DNA of 64,000 nucleotides. It comes from Octopus sinensis (taxonomy: Eukaryota). Positions within the stretch are counted from its first letter, which is position 1; every line of letters begins with the position of its first letter. Positions 14,373 through 27,092 of this stretch are shown piece after piece. The notes under the pieces were generated by a model. That model was not told the DNA's origin. It made no database searches and saw nothing but the letters and a program-made list of their open reading frames with translations. The DNA is taken from contig NC_043003.1 in the NCBI RefSeq assembly GCF_006345805.1, forward strand, positions 89,094,001-89,158,000. The letters are read 5' to 3'. Position numbers and translations under genes: made by a program.

Positions 14373-15162
14373 ATATATATATTTGTATGTATGTATGTAC
14401 AGGCATGTGTGGTTGCATGCATATGTGCATGCATGTGCATGTATGTGCATATATGTCTATGCCTCCATGGCTTGATATTGTGTGATAGTTGTAGCAATCA
14501 TTATCATACGTACAGCATTCTTTATTTCCAATCCTCCATGAAAGCATGGCCAGCCATGAGGAAATATTACCTTATTTGAAACCAAGTAGGGGATGGTATG
14601 AAGATGATCATTGACCATAGAAAATCTGCTTCTGTGAATTTTGTGTGATCCATGTAAGCATGGAAAAGTGAACTTTAAAGCAATGGTGATAACGATGGTG
14701 ATGATGATGATGATGATTGTGAGGATGATGATGATTGTTGAGGATGATGATGATTGTGAGGATGATGATGACTTACAAATGAGAAAAGTTCATAAAATTA
14801 TCAAGATTCTTGATAAAAGTTTTTTTCAATATTTACATCTGTACTATATTTCAATTAGTTTGGTCTCTGATCATCATAGCTGTCAAATTCCAGGGTGTGT
14901 AACATTGTTCAGACTGGATTTGAACTAGGAATCATAATTGTTAAATTAGAGTAATAATGCTCTAATTCTTAAGGCCGTTGACAGTCCAAATATAAGGTTA
15001 ACAGTGTTGAAAAGTATAATCGTATTGAAAACAATCCACTTTAAATGATCCCTTTCTTAATAATGCCTAAAACAGTAACAATATTACGAATTTAATACAA
15101 ATACAACTATACCACCACCACCGCCGCCGCCGCCCAAACAATAAAACAACAACGGTTTCAAA

Positions 15163-15357
15163 TTTTGGCACAAGTCCAGTAATTTAGGAGTGGGGCAGGT
15201 TGATTATATTGACCCCAGTGTTCAACTAGTATTATTTTATCAAATCTGAGAGAATGAAAGGCAAAGTTGACCTTCAGCAGAATTTGAACTCAGAATGTAA
15301 AGATGAATGAAATGTTGCTAAGCATTTTGCCCAGTGTGCTACCAATCTGCCAGCGTG
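15163..15357 (-). mobile_element. tRNA-derived SINE with a GCCTTTCAT...GATAAAAT central domain (Meta-like); second copy at 15592-15815
   Basis: The minus strand has a B-box-like GAGTTCAAATTC followed by CAACTTTGCCTTTCAT. Both copies abut (TAA)n/(GAT)n/(CAA)n tracts. A degenerate copy lies at about 52330-52460. Confidence 0.6.
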
Positions 15358-15359
15358 CC

Positions 15360-15412
<53 letters not shown>

Positions 15413-15938
15413 ACTTACTGTATCCAGTGGTCAGGTGCTGTTGGCGAAATCAAACTTGTGAAGAATGGCCATGTTTACAATCAATGCAGCTCAGACATGA
15501 TGATGATGATGATAATGATGACGACGACAATGAAGATGATGACAATAATGATGATAATGGTGATGATGATGATGATGGTGATGATAATGGTTTCTAATTT
15601 AGGCACTATTTTGTGGTGTGTCTTGCACTTTTGAGGAGATAGAAGTTTTGATGGGTAGAGGTTAGTCAGTACCAATGTTTAACTAATGTTTTATTTTATG
15701 AACCCCAAAAGGATGAAAGGCAAAGTTGAAACGTTAGTGATAACTGAACTCAGAAATATAAAGGGCAAGCACGACTGCAATATAGCATTTTGTCCAAAAC
15801 TTTCATGATTCTGCCAATCCACTGCTCTCAACAACAACAACAGGAAGAAGAAGAAGAAGAAGAAGAAGAAGAAGAAGAAGAAGAAGGAGGAGGAGGAGGA
15901 GGAGGAGGAGAACAACAACAACAACAAAAATAACCTAC

Positions 15939-16011
15939 TCAGTGATGAGGTGGACAGTTTTATTTCGCCCCAACTCGATGTCCAAAGTGGAAGTGCTGAA
16001 TTTCAGTGAGA
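15939..16011 (-). CDS. CTNS: Host gene coding exon 2, cystinosin-like
   Basis: 73-bp exon. Acceptor ttttcttacttctttgcag, donor GA|gtaggt, phase 1/2. Encodes SLKFSTSTLDIELGRNKTVHLIT. Its phases join exactly to both neighbouring exons. Confidence 0.75.
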
Positions 16012-17089
16012 CTGCAAAGAAGTAAGAAAATGGATGTTAATGAAGATAAAGAGGGTGGATGACACAGGGAGGTGGACAGACAAACAAGTATTAAAAAAAT
16101 TAAAATGCAAAATGTACAAAAAAATTTCTAACAATCTGAAACCATTTAGTAAGAATTACAAAGAATTCGCCACTTAAAATATGTTACCATAGTATTGAAT
16201 ATTTATTTTGGGACAATAATTTATGCTGCAACATGTGAGTTTAGTCATACCACATGCATGTATAAAAGTCTAATTAAAGACATGTACATAAGTATACCTA
16301 CATACACAAAGATATGTATATTAGTATACACACAAACTAATATATAAGTATTAGTTCCTTATTTTCTCCATAATTGGAATGGTTTACTCACTGAAGCAAC
16401 AAGGTGACTCAGTATTCTACAGACATCCTTAATTCTTAGTCTGAATCACTATGATACAGTGTGTAACAAGCCTGACCTTTCAAAATACTGGTACAGTCTG
16501 TGTGGTGGGCTTCTTCACAATTTCTAACTTTTCAATTTCACACAAAAAGATTAATTTGACCCAAAGTTATGGTAAAAAAAAAAGCACAAGATGCTGCACC
16601 ATGAGACAGAACATGAAACCTCATGAATGCAAAGTGAATTTGTTAACCACTTGACTATGCTTCAATCATTTATTGCATATATACACAGAAATGCATGCAT
16701 ATATACAAACATTGGAGTCTGGTGCAGTCCCTCAGCTTACCAACCCTGGTGAAACTGTCCAACCCATGCCAGCATGGACAACAGACATTAAATGATGATG
16801 ATGATGACATACATACATATATATACAAGAGCACAAATACATATACAGATATATTTATACACATGCAAAAGCACATACACACACATACATATATACTTGC
16901 AATAAAGCACATACACTCATATATGCACAGAAACACACATAACAGCACACATACACACATAGAAGCGCATATTCATATGCATACATACATGTGGACTGAC
17001 ACTCATACAGATATTCAAATGCATATGCACACACACACACACACACACAAACACTCATGCATGTATACCCATATTAACAAACTTAATCA

Positions 17090-17858
17090 TCATCATCATT
17101 ATTTTCAATATCACAGTCTCATCTTCATTTCCTTTAACCTCTCCCCACCTCCCCTTGCTCTCCTCTCTGGTTGGGTGGCCATGTATCTCCTCTACAGCAA
17201 CAAACCTGTTTCTGCCATCATTCTTTCTCTCCCTCCTTCTCTTGCTTTTACCTCTGGCTAGGTAACCATATATCTCTTTACAGCAGTGTACCTCCTTCTT
17301 GTTAACTCCTCTCTCTTTCCAGGTAACCACGTCCCTCTTCTTCAGCAACACACCTGTTTCTGCCCTCATTCTTAACTCACTCTCTTTCTCTCCATCTCCC
17401 TCCTCCACTCTCCTTGTCTCTGGCTGAGTAACCAGGTACCTCCTCTACAGTAAGCCATCTGTTTCTGTCTCACTCTAACCATTCACCATCTGACAAGATC
17501 ACCTCCCCCAATATCCCCTTTCCTCTCAAAGATTCCTTGTCTTTCAAAGTTACTTGGTAACTCTTCCAGTGCAGGTACCACTTAAAAGCACCCAGTCCAC
17601 ACTGTAAAGTGGTTGGCATTTGGAAGGGCCTCCAGCTGTAAAAACCATGCCAAAACTAACCTCACCTGTGCAAGTGTTACATAAAATGAAATTAGCCCAC
17701 TCTGTGGAGTAGTTGGTGTTAGGAAGAGCAACTAGCCATAAAAACCATGCCTAAAGAAACACAGAAGCATGGCAGAGGCTCCTGCCTGACCAGCTCCTGT
17801 CAAACCATCCAACCCATGCCAGCATGGAAGGAGGATGCTAAATGATGATGATGATGAT
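17090..17858 (+). repeat. Pyrimidine-rich tandem units followed by an RTE-tail-like module ending in (GAT)n; a related element lies at about 5100-5768
   Basis: Four 70-100 bp units containing GGTAACCA...CTCTACAGCA, then AAAGCACCCAG...CCAACCCATGCCAGCATGG and (GAT)n. Confidence 0.55.
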
Positions 17859-18030
17859 ATTGTTACTGTTGTTGTTTGATTGTTTTAATCGTATTCAGAT
17901 GAGATACAGTTGTTCAACAATAACTGTCTAACAAATCTGGAGAATAATATGTGTATCAGAGCAGAGATAAAGAATGTCAAATTGGCATTAAATCTATTGT
18001 TCACACACACACGCGCGCACCTGACAAATA

Positions 18031-19285
18031 CGAGGGACGTTCAATAAGTAATGCCTCTGACCCACTTGCAGTTGTTGGATCTAGCTGAAATTTTGCATGT
18101 GCAATCATTTATATCTCTATAGAGTAAGTGGCAAATTACAGCTCTGAATTAATTGTGGTTTCTGATTTACAGGTGTTTGAACCGAGTCAAGTGTGAAATG
18201 GAGCCTGTTGAGTGTCGAGCAGTGATCCAGTTTTTGTATTTGAGAGACTTTTGATGAAATGAAAGTAACTTATGGTGATGAACGCTGGCATCGTGAATTC
18301 AAACATGGTCGGAACTCTGTGGAAACAGCTCCCAGATCTGGTCGCCCCTTCTGCCATTGATGAGGTATCTGTCCGTCAAGTTGAGGCTGCCATTTTGGAA
18401 GATCGACGCATAATTATTCGCCAAATAGCCCATGAGGTCAAGATTAGTACCGGGTCTGTGGAAACTATCATTCATGACCATTTGCATATGCAAAAGGTGT
18501 CTGCCAGATGGATTCCCAGGTTGCTCACGCCTTTCCAGAAGCAAGAACGCGTCGAGTGCTCGTGGGTGAATTTGGAGATGTGCCAAGAAGATGAGTCAAA
18601 ATTTTTCAAAAGACTGATTACACAGGATGAAACCTGGTTCATCATGATATCCAGACCCAGACCAGCCCAGTCAATGCAGTGGAAGCACCGTGACTCACCC
18701 ACTCCAAAGAAGGCAAGGTGCAGGTTGCTCGCCTGCAAGTCATGCTCACTCTTCTGAGACCAGGACGGAGTAGTGATGACAGATTTCCTGGCAAGGGTAC
18801 CACAATTGCAGGAGCCTATTATGCTTCACTTTTGAGGAAATTAAGAGAAGTTAAAATCAAGAGTCGGGGGGCAAGATCAGCAAAGACATCCTCCTCCTGC
18901 AGACACGCTACGGTCCACAACTCGCTTGTCGCCAGATCAGAAGCACAGGCGTATGCGCTATGCCTATGAACTCCTCCCTCCCCCCTTTCCCTCCCCCTAC
19001 TTTCCTCCACCCTCTGATTTTCACCTCTTCCCAGTCATGAAGTTGTTTTTTAGAAGGAAAGCGTTTCCCAGATGATGCGCCTTGATTTCTGAAGTCACAA
19101 CGTTCAGGTTGGAGGACCAAGCTGGGGTCTTCTACAAAACGTTCTCCAGAGCTGCATCAAACAATGGGAGAAATGCGTAACTCTGGGCGGTTCCTATGTA
19201 GAAAAAGACTAATAACTGTGCCAAGTTTCGTTGCTCTACTGCTACGGGAAGTGGGTCAGGGGCATTACTTATTGAACGCCCCTCG
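18031..19285 (+). mobile_element. Complete but disabled mariner (DD34D) transposon
   Basis: TIRs CGAGGG(A/G)CGTTCAATAAGTAATGCC at both ends, with TA on both flanks (18029-30, 19286-87). Transposase remnants span 18198-19212 (WIPRLLT, QDETW, QSMQWKH). Confidence 0.95.
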
Positions 19286-20019
19286 TACATTAACATTCTG
19301 AATCTGGCACTTCTTTTTAGGTGTTTGTATGCATATGCTTTTAATACAGATATACAATTTCCTGGTGGTAATCCCTACATAGGATGTCCCACTTTAACTG
19401 CAGACTACTCCATATACTACACAGGTCCTTGAGCACATTTTAATGTCATTGATGCAGCAACTGGTTAGTGTGCACAACACAATGCTATCTGTAGTATTAT
19501 TCCTTAACAAGTTTTGAATAAGTAGGGAGGGTAGGGAAGAGTAGGTGATAACTATAGAAATTGATGTGTGTGTAGGTGTATATATATTATCATCATCGTC
19601 ATTTTAAAGTTCACTTTTTCATGTTTGCATGAATAGGACAAGTTTATTGATGCAAATTTTCTATGGCCAGATGTCCTGCCTGTCACCTACCCTCACCTGT
19701 TTCCTAATAAGATAATATTCCCCTATGACAAAACATGTTCTTGCAGAATATTGGCAATAAATGGTACTGCATGTATATCAGTGACAATCATTTACAACTA
19801 CACACAACATCAAGACAGGGAGACACAAACATACACAGACACATATGCATATATACATATATGGCTTCTTTCATATTCTGTCTGTCAAATCCACTCACAA
19901 GGCTTTCGTTGGCCCTAGGCTATAACAGAAGACACTTGCCCAAAGTGTCATGTAATGGAACTGAACCCAGAATCATGTGGTTGGAAAGCAAACTTATCAC
20001 ACAGCCATATCTACACCTA

Positions 20020-20305
20020 TGAGGTCTGATCAATAAGTATCCTGACTGTTATCATAGTAAGGAAGCTAAAACATGCAGAGTGAAGCTGATTAGCAAAGAC
20101 TGACTTTGAACTCTGATGTGCAAGTGTTCTAAGTTTTAACATTCTAGCTCATTTCCACTGCTTACAGCAGTGCTTGGAAGGAAGGTGTGTAACATCTGAT
20201 CGTTGCATTGATCATAACAGAGAAAATTGTCATGGCGATAACTATACAGAGGCCTACACAAAGTTGCAGAAAGTGTATGGAGAGGAGTGTATGAGCTGTA
20301 CATAA
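20020..20305 (+). mobile_element. 5' fragment of a second mariner family
   Basis: TA-TGAGGTCTGATCAATAAGTATCC TIR-like start, then a helix-turn-helix-like translation (TEAYTKLQKVYGEECMS). Cut off by the LINE at 20310. Confidence 0.6.
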
Positions 20306-20309
20306 GCGT

Positions 20310-22501
20310 GCAGCTCTGATGCAATACAAGAGTGATTCTTCTACAAAGTCACTTGAAGAACTCAGAAAGGCAAGAAATAAAACCCAACTGACTGCCAGAC
20401 GCTGTGCAAATAGGTATTGGCAGGAAATCTGTCAGAGTATCCAGTCAGCTGCTGACAGTGGCGACACCCGTGGGATGTATGCCGGTTTGAAGAAGGCCCT
20501 CGGTCCATCCGCAACCAAGTCAGCCCCTCTGAAATCAACTACTGGAGATCTCATCAAGAACCAAAGCAAGCAAATGGATAGATGGGTGGAGTACTACCAG
20601 GATCTCTACTCATGGGAGACCACGGTAGCTGAGGCTGCAATCGAGGGTGTCAAGATCTTGCCAGTCATGTGCGAACTTGATATTCTGCCATCTATAGTAG
20701 TGCTCACCAAGGCTATTGACTCCCTAACAAGTAACAAGGCTCTAGGAAAAGACAGCAACCCCTTAGAGATCACCAAAACTGGCAAAAATACCATCCTGCT
20801 TTGGCACCTTCATGATCTTCTGTGTCAGTGCTGGGAAGAGGGTACAGTCCCTCAGGATATAGGGATGCTAATATCATTGCGCTTTACGAAAGCAAAGGTG
20901 ACCGTGGTGATTGTAACAATTACCATGGAATATCTCTTCTAAGCACTGTTGGAAAGGCCTTTGCTCGCATTATCCTGTCCAGGCTGCAGCTGCTTGCTTC
21001 TCGAATTTATCCAGAATTGCAGTGTGGCTTTAGAAGAAGCAAATCAACTATTGACATGATATTCTCCATATGCCAACTTCAGGAGAAGTCCAGAGAGTAG
21101 AAAATGCCATATATGGCCTTCATTGATCTGACAAAGGCCTTTGACTTGGTAAGTAGATAAGGCCTCTTCCTCTTGCTCCAAAATATCAGATGTCCACCAA
21201 AGCTGCTGAGGATCATCAAATCTTTCCATGATGATATGCAAGGCACCATACAGTACAATGGTTCAACATCAGCCGCCTTCCAAATAAAAAATGGGGTAAA
21301 GCAAGGTTGTGTCCTTGCTCCTACATAATTTGGCATCTTCTTCTCGCTGCTGCTGTCACATGCCTTTGAGACATCAGATGATGGAGTGTTTCTGCACAGT
21401 AGAAGTAATGGGAAACTGTTCAATCTCTCGTGTCTGCATACCAAGACCAAAATCAGAAGCATCCTGATCAAGGAGATGCTATTTGCTGATGATGCCACTC
21501 TGGTATCACACACAGAAGAAGCCCTACAACGGCTCATCAACTGTTTTGAGCAAGCATGTATCAACTTTGGCTTAGTTATCATCCTCAAGAAGACCAACAT
21601 CATGGGTCAGGCTACATCGGACATCCCAAACATACATATTGGAGACCACAGACTACAGGAGGTAGAGAAGTTTACCTATCTTGGCTCTACCATCACCTAC
21701 AACCTATCCCTTGATGCTGAGCTCAATATACGCATTGGCAAGGCAGCTGCTGTGATGTCCCAACTCTCCAAACGGGCATGGAACAACAATAAGCTGACCA
21801 AGACCTCAAAAATGAAGATTTACCAGGCATGTGCACTTAGCACTCTACTGTATGGAAGTGAGACTTGGACGCTATACACATGCCAAGAGTGTCACCTAAA
21901 TATCTTTCACCTGTGCTGCCTCCGGAAAATCTTTCGCATCAAATGGCAAAATCATGTCCCCAACAAAGATGTCCTCAAGCAAGCAGGAATACCAAGCATG
22001 TTTGCACTCCTCACACAAAGACGTATGAGATGGCTTGGACATGTTAGCCGTATGGAAGATGGCAGAATCCCCAAGGACACACTCAACAGAGAGCTTGCTA
22101 GGGGTACTAGGTCTGTGGGAAGACCATTCTTATGATACAAGGATGTTTGCAAAAGGGACATGAATGCCTGCGACATCAATATTACCAACTGGGAAGCAGT
22201 TGCCAGCAACCGTGGATATTGGCGACGTACCGTAAAAGAGGGAACACAAAGGAGTGACAGAGAGAGAAAGAGAGGAGAAATGGAAAGACAAGAAAAGACG
22301 TCAACAAGAAACTATGACATTACAACCAGCCAGGCAAAGTCTCCGCTACATTTGCGGCACCTGCCAGAGGGAGTGTTTGTCCAGGATAGGATTACACAGC
22401 CACAGCAGGAGATGTATTAGGACATGAAATGTAAAAGCTGGACTAGATTATTTTATGCGCAACTCCATTGTCTCCCGAGACAAAAAGGATGCCAACAACA
22501 A
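20310..22501 (+). mobile_element. BovB-like RTE LINE, 5'-truncated and disabled
   Basis: RT motifs (NYHGISLLS, QCGFR, GVKQGCVLAP, FADD, LYGSETW, WLGHV). The 3' end reads CTCCATTGTCTCCCGAGAC...GATGCCAACAACAA. No PHD insert. Confidence 0.9.
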
Positions 22502-22543
22502 TATATATGGATTTCATAGACAGGAACTGAAACAAATCAATCG

Positions 22544-22579
<36 letters not shown>

Positions 22580-22705
22580 AATATATATATATAATATATA
22601 TATATATATATGTATATATATGTAAGTCTATGTGTGTATCTTTGTGTTTCTCCTTCATCACTGCTTCACAACTGCTGTTCATTTATTTACATCTACATAA
22701 CTTAC

Positions 22706-22778
22706 TGGTTTCACAAGAACAAACTAATAGAATAAGTACCAGGCTTATCACAAAAAAAAGCACTAGGCTGTGTCTCAT
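22706..22778 (-). CDS. CTNS: Host gene first coding exon (signal peptide), cystinosin-like
   Basis: ATG at 22778. Encodes MRHSLVLFFVISLVLILLVCSCET, a hydrophobic signal peptide. Donor A|gtaagt, phase 1, matches the next exon. Confidence 0.72.
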
Positions 22779-22827
22779 ATTTTTATTTGCCCACTCAGTT
22801 GTATCTATCAATTTATCTTTGTATGTG

Positions 22828-22859
<32 letters not shown>

Positions 22860-24161
22860 AGACGCCCTAATGGGAGCCTTAACTCCCAAATTTTAGTCAT
22901 TTCTTTTATGATCCAAAACTAGGTCAAAAGTACTGAATGGATCTTTATGAAATTTGGAAATTATATTCTATGCATAAGGGCCATAACCCCCATGACAATT
23001 CATATATTTTTGCTGTTGATGAAATTTTAACTATAGATATTAGATACAAATGAAGTAATATTTATAAAATTTCATCTTCTTACAAGTTAGAAAGACCACT
23101 CCATGGGGACTTAACACCCACAATTTTGTCATTTTATCTAAGCAAAGACGAATACAGTTGTAATCTTGGAAGCTGTAGGGTTACCTGAGCATAAAAGATG
23201 AGCATTATTTGTAATTCAATGGTACAACAGTGTAAGAGTTTGCTTTGACATACACTTAGATTGTGATTTCTGCAATGTGCTGCATAAATTGTCAAGTAAA
23301 TGAGAGGCATCTTTGCCTCCACTCATTCAGTTGCAAAGTGTTGAGTAAAGTTATTTGATTGCAGATTTCCTTTCAGTCTTTTTATTATCACTGGGTCACA
23401 CATAGTCCCCAGATGCTAACATTGATTTCAAGGCCATCCCAGATGAGTGACTGGTTATTCAAAGACATCTATACATTATAAATTTATTCTGTCCAGTTAC
23501 GTATCAGTATAGTGGTCATTTGCAAACTCCAGAGGTGACACTTTCATTTTTCCTTAGCCCTCACATCACGCCCTTCCAATTGCTATACATTCGTAATGCA
23601 TCATACGGCTGTGCCTGTCACCTGTCACATTGGGAGTGGTAACTGACTGCTTATTGTGATCATTCGTCTTTTGGTTTCCTGTAGCTTTGCTCTCTTTTAC
23701 AAACCCAGTGAACATATATTTCCTATTTCAAAGAAATTCAAACAATAGATATAAGACCCAAGTTAAAAAGATTCTCAACAATTCAACTCCTCTGGTTGAC
23801 ATTAAGATGCCCACCCCCAACAGGGGCCTTAACTCTCACATTTTAGAGCTCCATGGCCTTCATTTTTTAAGAGCAAAATCTTTTTAACAGGTTCAATAAG
23901 ACTGGAATTTTGGAATATGCGCATAAAAATCAGTAGTATGGGATACATGTGGCATGATTACAATTTTTTTAGGGTGTGTAAAGAGGGAAATAACCCTCAT
24001 CTGCAATTATGGTGAAATTCGAAACATAGATATTCCAGTTCATTACAGAAAATATAACACAAAAGTCTAATTCTTCAATTAAATGTAATCAGGTAACTCT
24101 GCTAGTATGTATATATTACATCATCATCATTAAATGTGTGTGTATTTATATATTTTACACA

Positions 24162-25265
24162 CAGGAAAGTAAATTTCAAATGCAGTATAGCTGTGAAGAC
24201 ATCAGAGAAAGATTGGGTATTTACCCTTAGAAGATAGAAAAAAGTTGCCAGCAGGTGGCTACATGGAGTCAAATCCCATACCCTTCAGATACTGGCTGAA
24301 TGTTCTAACCATTAAGCTAAGTGGCTCCTGACAACAATTACCATCAATTTTAATGCTAAATGATAGCTTTACGACACATTTGAAAAGCTATTATTTAACA
24401 TTAAAATTTACAGTAATTGTTGTCAGCGGCCATTAGAGCACTCAGCCAGTATCTGAGGGGTACTGGATTCGACTCCCCATAGCCTCCTGTTGGTAACTTT
24501 TTCCCATCTTCTAAGGGTATATACCAAAGCTGGGTACCAAACCATTAATCATTAATTAATGAAGTTAGAACTTTTGTTAATGATTTAACTTTTAAGTTAC
24601 TTTTGAAATCCTTATTGGACTAATTAACTTCTATTACATTTAACTTCCGTTAACTCAAGTTGTTGCAATGATCGTTAGGCTCAAGGACTTGAAGTCCAAA
24701 GGCCTTGTCTACTGTAGCCCCTTGGTCGATGCACTTTTAGCAGGCATTGACAAATGGTTTAGGATGTTCCTGCAGGATGAGGAAAGCCAGCTGGCTACTG
24801 CCTTCCACCCCAGGTTTCGCCTCATCTGGTTGGATAAGTATGACGTCACCAAGGTGAGGAAAAGTATGGAGGGTAAAGTCGAAGAGGCCATGAAGCAGCA
24901 GTCTGATGAAGTGAGCAGCAACAATGAAGGAGGATGACTTCTTCAGTGGTGTCACCCAGCCAAAAGAGAACAGCAGGAGCCACAGGTCACTCAAGGACAA
25001 GGCCCAGAATTTGGTGAAGACCTGGTTGGAGATCAACTCCAGGGACTTGCTGACAGATGCTGCCTTAATGGGTGAGCAAGTGCTGGTAGACTTGTTCAAC
25101 AAGTTCAACACAGCCATCCCCTCCAGTGCTACAGTGGAGCATTTGTTCTCTATGGGCAAGGACATTTTGAAGGCCAAGAGATCGTCCCTGTTTGATGAAA
25201 ATGTTGACATGCTAATTTTCATGAAGAGCAACATGCATCTCATGAACAAAATGGAGGAGGAAGAG

Positions 25266-25306
<41 letters not shown>

Positions 25307-25945
25307 GGAAGAGGAGGAAGAGGAGGAGGAGGGAGGAGAAGAAGAAGAAGAAGAAGAAGAAGAAGAAGAAGAAGGACAAATTATATTATGTATATATCAT
25401 GTTTTTCATTTTTTTAAATTTTAATTTTATTACAACCACTTTATCAATAAACTTTTTAAGCCAGTTTTTTTTCACCCTTTTCTGGCTCTAAAAGTCTTTA
25501 AAAACCTAAAAAAGAGCCAATATTATGAAACCAGCCTTTTTTAAGTGTTTTAAAAGTTAAAACTATAAAATCAGCATTTTTTAACTCTAAAGCAAAAAAA
25601 AAAAAAAAAGCTATAGTTTTGGGGTTCTAAAGCCCTTTAAAAAGCCAAAAAAAGGTTTGATTTTATAGTTTTGGCACTTTTAAAGGTGTTTTTAGATGGT
25701 TTTAGAGTAAAAATGAATTTCTTGTCTTTTTCTATTATAAAGGTTAACGTAAAGGTTTATCAATAACTTCCATTACATTTTCAAAGAATTAACCGATTAA
25801 CAAATTAACTGATTGAAGTGAACTTTTTGGTTAACAGACTAACAGTTAATGGAGTTAACTTTTCAATTAACAGTACCCACCTTTGGTAAATACCCAATTT
25901 TGCTCTGCTGTTTTCACAGCTATACTTTGAAATTTACTTTGTCTG
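24162..25945. mobile_element. Approximately 420-bp foldback (palindromic) element with tRNA-like arms, interrupted by a hAT insertion
   Basis: The left arm 24162-24370 is the reverse complement of 24384-24524 joined to 25886-25945. Each arm carries tRNA-like boxes. Confidence 0.85.
24525..25885 (+). mobile_element. Internally deleted hAT transposon
   Basis: TIR CAAAG(C/G)TGGGTAC and 8-bp TSD GTATATAC/GTAAATAC. ORFs 24668-25424 encode the hAT C-terminal dimerisation motif (FNTAIPSSATVEHLFS...KR..L.DEN...LIFMKSN), followed by a (GAG/GAA)n expansion. Confidence 0.9.
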
Positions 25946-25985
25946 TAAGATACCAACACATTTGGTGCTTCTAAAGTTTGTTTGT

Positions 25986-26030
<45 letters not shown>

Positions 26031-26032
<2 letters not shown>

Positions 26033-26228
26033 ACGTGCAGGTGGCACGTAAAAAGCACCCACTACACTCACAGAGTGGTTGGCATTAGGAAAGGCATCCA
26101 GCCGTAGAAACACTGCCAAATCTGACTGGGCCTGATGAAGCCTTCGGGCTCCACAGACCCCAGTTAAACCGTCCAACCCATGCTAGCATGGAAAACGGAC
26201 GCTAAATGATGATGATGATGATGATGAT
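26031..26228 (+). mobile_element. Isolated RTE 3'-tail module (SINE-like or extremely truncated LINE)
   Basis: Matches 3970-4155 and ends in (GAT)n. Similar solo pieces lie at 16706-16806, 59850-60000 and 60660-60800. Confidence 0.8.
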
Positions 26229-26458
26229 TATTTATATTATTATATGATCGAACGCCACGCATCCTATTCCAAGTAAGTTTTATTTTAATAATTATGATGC
26301 ACACTCTTCTATCTTTACTATCTCTTCTCTGTCTATCGCTCTCCCTCTCTTGTTCTTCATCCTTTCTGGTTTTCTCTCCCACCCTTCCCTATCCTTCTCC
26401 TCTCCTCTTCACCGTTCCCTCTCTCTCTCTCACTCCTCCTCCTCGACTCTCTGTTGCT

Positions 26459-26468
26459 GACACGTGAC
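26459..26468 (-). promoter_or_regulatory. Candidate CLEAR/E-box motif (GTCACGTGTC)
   Basis: 9/10 match to GTCACGTGAC, 3.7 kb upstream of the start codon of a lysosomal-type gene. Single motif only. Confidence 0.25.
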
Positions 26469-27038
26469 GAAAGAGAATCTATCTTTCTCACTACTACCTT
26501 CGTAAAGACGACATGCTTATACTGTCTCCTTCATAAGCTTGTCCTCCTAACATTCAGAATTTTTCTATCATCTTGGCTTAACAGCCCACAACGTTTGCTT
26601 TTACTGTTTTGTTCTCACTGTCCTGTTCTTGATACCACTTTCACCCTCTGCAAAAAATCTCAAATTTTATTTAATTTGCTTTGCAGCAAGGACTGTTTCA
26701 GCAAAGTTGCATCTTGTCCTTACCTTCGAAATGCGGAGTAGATGAAACAGGGACAACTGATGAAGTGGAATATTCTTTATGTTGTATGTCTCGTTTCTCT
26801 GTTTGTTTTTTCCTGATGTTTGAAAAGAGTTCATTTCTATGCTTTCGTTTCTCATTGTGTTCAACGCTTTTTTAATGTCCTCTACACTTATATGCATGTG
26901 TATATATACATATATATGTAGGTATGTACATATATGTATGTATATATGCATATATTTATATATTTATATTATTATATACATAATACACACAGACACACAC
27001 ACAAATACACGTGATAACATATATATATATATATGTAT

Positions 27039-27092
<54 letters not shown>

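Noticed and set aside
15942-15999. GTGATGA...CTGA as a C/D box snoRNA
   Set aside because: There is no terminal stem, and the segment is better explained as the antisense of the host coding exon 15939-16011.
22860-24060. Possible ancient hAT remnant and degenerate direct repeats (GGGCCTTAACTC-like at about 22871, 23105 and 23822)
   Set aside because: Only a faint YxxHxxNHNL-like motif amid many stops, with no TIR or TSD. Too degraded to support a call.
25252-25374. Poly-Glu tail as a functional transposase feature
   Set aside because: It is a (GAG/GAA)n expansion in an internally deleted, non-autonomous hAT.
26125-26160. CTGATGA-AGCC-TTCG-GGCT in the RTE tail (also near 39407) as a hammerhead
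   Set aside because: No GAAA follows stem II, and other copies read CTGGTGCAG/CTGGCGTAG, so the core is not conserved.
26725-26775. CCTTC-GAAA...GTA...CTGATGAAG (also 39535-39590, and a similar motif at 38030-38065) as type II or type I hammerheads
   Set aside because: Stem II can form only by consuming the conserved G8/A9, and stem I is not convincing. These remain unclassified repeat ends.
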